Below, in pieces: positions 58,835 through 64,000 of a DNA stretch of 64,000 nucleotides (within the stretch, counting starts at the first letter, position 1; each line of letters opens with the position of its first letter). Both the position numbers and the translations under genes were made by a program. The notes beneath the pieces were generated by a model. That model was given only the letters and a program-made list of their open reading frames with translations, did not search any database and was not told the origin of the DNA. Source of the stretch: Candidatus Poribacteria bacterium (GTDB lineage: Bacteria > Poribacteria > WGA-4E > WGA-3G). Where the stretch lies: positions 4,000,001-4,064,000 of the forward strand of contig OZ251518.1 in assembly GCA_965242965.1 (NCBI GenBank), given 5' to 3'.

Positions 58835-60130
58835 ATGAAACGCTTAAACCTCACGCACACCCTCGCGCTCCTCATCGGAGTTGCAGTGATGTGCTTTCAG
58901 AGCATCGCGGCGGAAGACGCGGCAGAGATGGTAACCTTCGCCGGCCGCGTTGTTGATGAGTCAGGCGAACCGGTTGTCGGCGTTACCGTGGCCCTGATGC
59001 CGGTGGAAGATGGCAATGGCGCGTGGTTTCCGATAGGCGAGTGGCCGAACGATCCGTGGGCATTTTCCGCCGTAACCGATGCCCAAGGCGAGTTTGCTAT
59101 CACCGATTTTACCCCTGGCCCGATGTTATTCGGGCTACTTCCATATCATGAACCGAAGGGCCATGGCTTATCCAAGGTGAACATCGGCGGCGTGAGCCAC
59201 TATCCAACTGAGGGGGAGGAAGACGGCGGCATCGTATTCGCCGTTGAGGCAGGAACACGCATCAGTAACGTAGAAGTGACGGTGCGGCGTTTCATGGAAA
59301 TCCGTGGCAAAGTGCTGCAGATGGATGGAACGCCTCTTGCTGATGCCGACATCAAACTTGATATTCGGACAGAAGCTCTCAACGGCTCGGCAAGCAGCAG
59401 CGGCTCTTATGGTAGGTTAAAGACAGATGCGGCGGGAATCTTTGTCAAATACCTAGCGGACGATGACGAAGGTCCTGCGGAAATATCGCCCGCGTGGTTT
59501 CCTGAATTTCCCAGTCCAATGCGAGAGCGTGAGGTTGAAAATCCGTCCATGCACTACATCGTCGCTGTTATCTATCAGGGACGGCGTGCTCAGGCGAAGC
59601 CGTTTATTCTCAAACCGGGAGAGCGCATGCCTGAGTTGACGTTTACCTACACAGCCCCGCTGCCGCGTTCCCCTGACACCGAAACGCGTCGGCGTGAAGC
59701 AAGTGCCAGTGTTTCTTCTGGACGGAAACGGGAAGGCGTGTGGATTGTCAATCCGGCAAATGGACACGCCTACATCAAAATTCGGTGTAGCGGACCGGAG
59801 GATGCCATCTCCCAGGCAAGTTCGGCAGGGGCCTATCTCGTCTCCATTAACGACGAAGCGGAGCAGCAGTGGCTGGAGCGCGTTTTCCCACCGCATCCAA
59901 CGCTCATTGGACTCAACGATATCGCGAATGAAGGCGAATGGCGATGGCACAGCGGCGAACCCGTTACCTACACCAATTGGGCACGCCATGAACCGCATGA
60001 TACCGACAGAGGCGATGAAGATTACGTCATCTGGTACCACCGATGGGAGGACATCGGACCTGACCAGGTTGTGTGGCGACTTTTACGGACAGCACTCCTT
60101 GAAAAGGATGTGCCACCGGCGGAGGATTAA
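58835..60130 (+). CDS. Secreted C-type lectin protein, paralog 2
   Basis: Same architecture; WARHEP..., WED. Confidence 0.85.
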   Translation: MKRLNLTHTLALLIGVAVMCFQSIAAEDAAEMVTFAGRVVDESGEPVVGVTVALMPVEDGNGAWFPIGEWPNDPWAFSAVTDAQGEFAITDFTPGPMLFGLLPYHEPKGHGLSKVNIGGVSHYPTEGEEDGGIVFAVEAGTRISNVEVTVRRFMEIRGKVLQMDGTPLADADIKLDIRTEALNGSASSSGSYGRLKTDAAGIFVKYLADDDEGPAEISPAWFPEFPSPMREREVENPSMHYIVAVIYQGRRAQAKPFILKPGERMPELTFTYTAPLPRSPDTETRRREASASVSSGRKREGVWIVNPANGHAYIKIRCSGPEDAISQASSAGAYLVSINDEAEQQWLERVFPPHPTLIGLNDIANEGEWRWHSGEPVTYTNWARHEPHDTDRGDEDYVIWYHRWEDIGPDQVVWRLLRTALLEKDVPPAED

Positions 60131-60133
60131 ACG

Positions 60134-61585
60134 ATGAAACGCAGCGTTGTTACGACACTTGCACTGCTCACGGTTTTCCTGTGCATCGCTTCAGACAGCC
60201 CGGCACAGGAGACGACAGCGACTTTCAGTGGGCGCATTGTCGATGTGACAGGGAATCCGGTGCCTGATTTACCTGTCCTAATCGGTTCCGTTGAAATGCG
60301 CGGCACGTGGGTTCAGCCCAGTTTGGAAGACACAGCCATATATCTCTTTTTGCGTCGTGCGCGCACAGATGCCGAAGGAAGGTTTTCCATCACCGGCATC
60401 CCGGCTGCACCGGCATACTTCAGGGCACTTCCTGACGACATTGAGACTCGGTTCCCGAGTCGCGCCGTAGAGAAAATCCGTTCCCTCATGAGAGAGGCAA
60501 TCGTAAAAGAAGAGCGAAGCGAGGAGTTCGGTGAAATCATGCGCCGGATGCCGGAGATGCAGTCAGACGATTTTGAACCGGATGTTGAAGTCGTCTCCAT
60601 CCAGATGCAGGGACTAACCTTCTACCCGCGCACCGATTTTGATAAATCCCTCATGACAATTGTCTTCAGTCTTCAACCGGGTGTCCACGTGGAGAACGTC
60701 GTTGTCACGGTGCAACCGCGGATGCGGATTCGGGGAAGAATTGTTTTCAAGGATGGCACGCCGCTTGCCAACGCGCGGGTTTCGATGCCGCTCCGATACA
60801 CCACTGCCGATGGAACAGGCAGTGGACGTTCAGGCAGAGAACCGTTGACAGACAGCAACGGCTACTTCGCCTACTATCTTGATGAAAGGGATAATGCCGC
60901 CTTTTATACACTCTCGGCAGAATACCAAGAGATTGTAGCCGTAGGAGAACCGGTGCTGCTAGAACCCGGCGGCCGCTATGACGATTTGGTGTTGACGCTT
61001 GATAGCGAACCCACTGCTCCTGAACCGGGGCCGAGTGAGACGTGGGCAGAACTGCTTGACATCCCGATAGAACCAACAATTCCATCTTCGGATGCAACGG
61101 ATACCGGCGAAGACAGTGAGGTGCCTGCCACTCTGCCGCGCCGGGAATCAAGGGCAGTATGGATAGGCAACCCTGCAAACGGACACGCCTACAAACGCAT
61201 TTATTGCAAGACGCGCGAAGACGCACTCGCGCAAGCCGCCGCCGAAAACGTGCACCTCCTCGCTATTAACAACGAAGAGGAACAGCGATGGATAGAGGCT
61301 GTGTTTGGACGCGGATGCTATTGGCTCGGGCTCCGCCGCGGACCCGGCACTACCGACTGGCAGTGGGATACCGGGGAACCCATAACGTATCACAACTGGT
61401 TACCGGACGATTACTTTGATGAAGATATCGCTGCGACTGACAGGCAGACGGCTGTCATGACGTTCGCGGAAGGGAAATGGTATGCTGTTGGCAGTGACAG
61501 CATTATGTTGCGACTCACCAGGATGGCAATCCTCGAAAAACTTGAAGTGGAAGAGGTGTCGCCGGATATGCCGATGGAAAAGTAG
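60134..61585 (+). CDS. Secreted C-type lectin protein, paralog 3
   Basis: Same architecture. Confidence 0.85.
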   Translation: MKRSVVTTLALLTVFLCIASDSPAQETTATFSGRIVDVTGNPVPDLPVLIGSVEMRGTWVQPSLEDTAIYLFLRRARTDAEGRFSITGIPAAPAYFRALPDDIETRFPSRAVEKIRSLMREAIVKEERSEEFGEIMRRMPEMQSDDFEPDVEVVSIQMQGLTFYPRTDFDKSLMTIVFSLQPGVHVENVVVTVQPRMRIRGRIVFKDGTPLANARVSMPLRYTTADGTGSGRSGREPLTDSNGYFAYYLDERDNAAFYTLSAEYQEIVAVGEPVLLEPGGRYDDLVLTLDSEPTAPEPGPSETWAELLDIPIEPTIPSSDATDTGEDSEVPATLPRRESRAVWIGNPANGHAYKRIYCKTREDALAQAAAENVHLLAINNEEEQRWIEAVFGRGCYWLGLRRGPGTTDWQWDTGEPITYHNWLPDDYFDEDIAATDRQTAVMTFAEGKWYAVGSDSIMLRLTRMAILEKLEVEEVSPDMPMEK

Positions 61586-61649
61586 GCACGAACCTTGGTA
61601 GGCGCGGTTGCAAACCGCGCCTACTGCGAAACTCAAGGAGAATTAAAAT

Positions 61650-63086
61650 ATGAAACGCTTAAACCTCACGCACACCCTCGCGCTCCTCATCGGAATTGCG
61701 GCGATGTGCTTTCAGTGCATCGCGGCGGAAGACACGGCAGAGATGGTAACCTTCGCCGGCCGCGTTGTTGATGTGGAAGGAAATCCTATGCCAGGATTTG
61801 TTTTCGCTATTCAGGGTGCCAACATGTATCAACAGCAGGTAGACATAACCACTCGCTATGCAATGAGTGACCCGGGCGTGGAACAAGACTCAATGCTACC
61901 TCCTGTTTTCGTGCCTGTTGAAACCGATGAAGCGGGAACTTTCTCTATCACCGAAGGGATTGCCGGGAAGGTTCAATTGGTGGTGCGACACAATATCGCT
62001 GAACCTCCGAAAGTCGGAACATTTGACAAGAAACCTGCGCATGCGATTGTCTCCATCGACATCGGCGGGATAATCTTCTATCCGAACCCTGGGCACCGAT
62101 ATTCGTCCCCCACTGGCCTGACGTTTTCTCTCAAACCGGGCGCGCGGTTTGAGAACGTTGAAGTGACGGTGCAGCCACGGACGCGCGTCCGAGCCAAAAT
62201 CGTTTTTAAGGATGGCACGCCGCTTGCCAACGCGCAGGTTATAGCAGAAACTGCCAATCGGGATTTAAGGGGGCTCACACGCGAGAGTTCAAAGGGAGCA
62301 AGGCGGACAGATGCGGAGGGTTACATTGCAGAATACCCGAAAGAGTCTAGCATCTTCACGATATTAGTGACATATCAGGGGCTTGCCTCCACATCGGAGA
62401 CAATTACTGTCAAGGCGGGAGAACGACATGAGATAGTTTTGACGTTTGACAGCGAACCGATTGCCGACATGCCTGTGGAACAGCCGCCCGTTGAGTTGGA
62501 AATCGAGCCGCCCGGCGCGCCCAAAACAGCGGAGATACCACTCGAAGACTTGCCGCCACCCGCAGCACTGCACACCCACGGAACAGATATAAATCAGGTG
62601 TGGAACGAGAAGGCGGTGTGGGTAGTCAATCCTGCAAATGGACATGCTTACAAGCAGGTTTATTGCGGAAATTGGGATGAGGCGGAATCGTTCGCTATTG
62701 CTGAAGAAGCACATCTTGTCTCAATTAACGATGAGGCAGAACAGAAGTGGTTGGAGGGAGCCTTTAAGACAGATGGGTTTCGGCATTTTTGGATTGGCCT
62801 CACCGATGTGGAGAAAGAGGGTGAATGGCGATGGACGAGCGGCGAGCCTGTCACCTATACTAATTGGGCATCCGCAGCACCTTTTCCCGATGAACTTGAT
62901 GCATCAGAGAAAGACTATGTCACGATGGGATTTCTCGGCGGGAAGTGGGTGGCAGTAGGTGAACTAGGTGAAACGGGACCGTATATCCATCCTCATTTCG
63001 CGATTCTTGAGAGAGATGGCTTGCTTTCCAAAACCCCCGTTAAAGCGACGGAAGAGGGGAAGTCATCGGGGATAGAGGATAGGTAA
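61650..63086 (+). CDS. Secreted C-type lectin protein, paralog 4
   Basis: Same architecture; first ~120 bp nearly identical to paralog 2. Confidence 0.85.
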   Translation: MKRLNLTHTLALLIGIAAMCFQCIAAEDTAEMVTFAGRVVDVEGNPMPGFVFAIQGANMYQQQVDITTRYAMSDPGVEQDSMLPPVFVPVETDEAGTFSITEGIAGKVQLVVRHNIAEPPKVGTFDKKPAHAIVSIDIGGIIFYPNPGHRYSSPTGLTFSLKPGARFENVEVTVQPRTRVRAKIVFKDGTPLANAQVIAETANRDLRGLTRESSKGARRTDAEGYIAEYPKESSIFTILVTYQGLASTSETITVKAGERHEIVLTFDSEPIADMPVEQPPVELEIEPPGAPKTAEIPLEDLPPPAALHTHGTDINQVWNEKAVWVVNPANGHAYKQVYCGNWDEAESFAIAEEAHLVSINDEAEQKWLEGAFKTDGFRHFWIGLTDVEKEGEWRWTSGEPVTYTNWASAAPFPDELDASEKDYVTMGFLGGKWVAVGELGETGPYIHPHFAILERDGLLSKTPVKATEEGKSSGIEDR

Positions 63087-63089
63087 TTT

Positions 63090-63382
63090 GAGGGTGTTTC
63101 ATATTTCGATGCACACCCGTAGGAGAGACCTCCTGGTCTCGATGTTCCGGTAGCGCGGGGGCCTGTCCCCCGCGAGTTCAATCGGCCCGATGTGTGTTTC
63201 CCCTTCTGTAGTTTGTGATCGCCTGATCACAAACAGGTCAGGATCAGGCGATCCTGACCTACAGAGCCTGGCTCGCGAGCGATGGCGAGGGACAGGCCCT
63301 CGCCCTACGTGAAGGGGAGACGTTTTTTCACCGTAGCGCGGGGCCTGTCCTCGCGACGTTGAGCGATTTATGAAACACCCTC
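63090..63382. mobile_element. TIR-bounded REP cassette with 9-bp target duplication
   Basis: AGGTAATTT at 63081-89 and 63383-91. Confidence 0.9.
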
Positions 63383-63432
63383 AGGTAATTTGGGAGATAG
63401 GCGCGCGTTGAAAGCGCGTCTGCCGGCACCTC

Positions 63433-64000
63433 CTATGTATCAACAAGGCATCCACAATACGCACAGACAGCGAACATATCGCCGAACGTTTCGCACTCGG
63501 GAGCCAGATAGGACTCGTGGTGTGTGACACATCCCGGATTGTCGCACGGATTTTCTGCCGCGGCGATGTTTCGTTGTGGCGGCTGCGTCAATATGAGCTG
63601 CTCCAATCCGAGGAGACTGGAGATGAGTGCCATCCGAATCGGTACAGCGTTGGCAGATTGTTCAAAATACGCGGCCCTCGGGTCATCGTCCAATTCGTAA
63701 GAGAGCTCATTGACACGCGGAAGCGGGTGCATAATCATCGCATCGGGTTTCGCGTGTTTCATTACCGCCGCGTTCAGCAGATAACTGCCGCGCACCGCCG
63801 CCGGGTTCACCTCTGGCGGGAGCCGCTCCTCCTGTAACCTATTGACGTAGATGACATCCAACGCCGCGATAACGTCTCGGATTTGCTCAACTTCAAGCGG
63901 TTTCTGCGCGTGAAGTTTATCCAACCGCGTCAGCACCCAAGGCGGCATCTGAAGTCCACTCGGCCCGATGTGAACGAGTTCCCCGCCAAATCTTGCTACG
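63433..64000 (-). CDS. pyrB: Aspartate carbamoyltransferase catalytic subunit (3' part) with fused PyrI-like Zn domain
   Basis: DVIYVNRLQEER, MHPLPRVNEL, AAYFEQ; C-terminal CDNPGCVTHHE...CAYCG. Confidence 0.9.
   Translation of the reverse strand, partial: VARFGGELVHIGPSGLQMPPWVLTRLDKLHAQKPLEVEQIRDVIAALDVIYVNRLQEERLPPEVNPAAVRGSYLLNAAVMKHAKPDAMIMHPLPRVNELSYELDDDPRAAYFEQSANAVPIRMALISSLLGLEQLILTQPPQRNIAAAENPCDNPGCVTHHESYLAPECETFGDMFAVCAYCGCLVDT

Noticed and set aside
57499-63086. C-type lectin array as DGR targets
   Set aside because: Divergence is spread over whole genes; no short block with constant flanks and NNC/NNT codons.

Overview
Bacterial chromosomal window of moderately high GC. The C-terminal 'V.P.GKL.T.W..IK' motif, expanded secreted families and gene mix suggest Candidatus Poribacteria; this is inference only. 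Housekeeping genes (def, larE, glcF-like, dcd, glnA-glnB, thrS, iscS-like, pyrB) are interspersed with four tandem paralog arrays: 3x caspase-PEGA-FGE/CLec, 3x secreted beta-sandwich proteins, 3x A/B exported gene pairs next to an ECF sigma factor, and 4x carboxypeptidase-regulatory-like + C-type lectin proteins. Main discoveries: (1) All five complete FGE/CLec domains end in a 111-bp segment with the NNC/NNT codon signature of diversity-generating-retroelement (DGR) variable repeats. Three of these lie inside ORFs, and no RT or template repeat is in the window, so these look like secreted caspase-receptors hypermutated in trans. (2) About 7 kb of intergenic DNA (my tally) is a combinatorial kit of GTAG-type REP palindromes. 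It is often packaged between GAGGGTGTTTCATA terminal inverted repeats with 7-11 bp target duplications, and single REPs sit in-frame inside proteins. (3) A GGTACC-N16-CGTCTA promoter is shared by an unusual ECF sigma gene (duplicated region 4) and its putative regulon, and one copy is split by a REP element.
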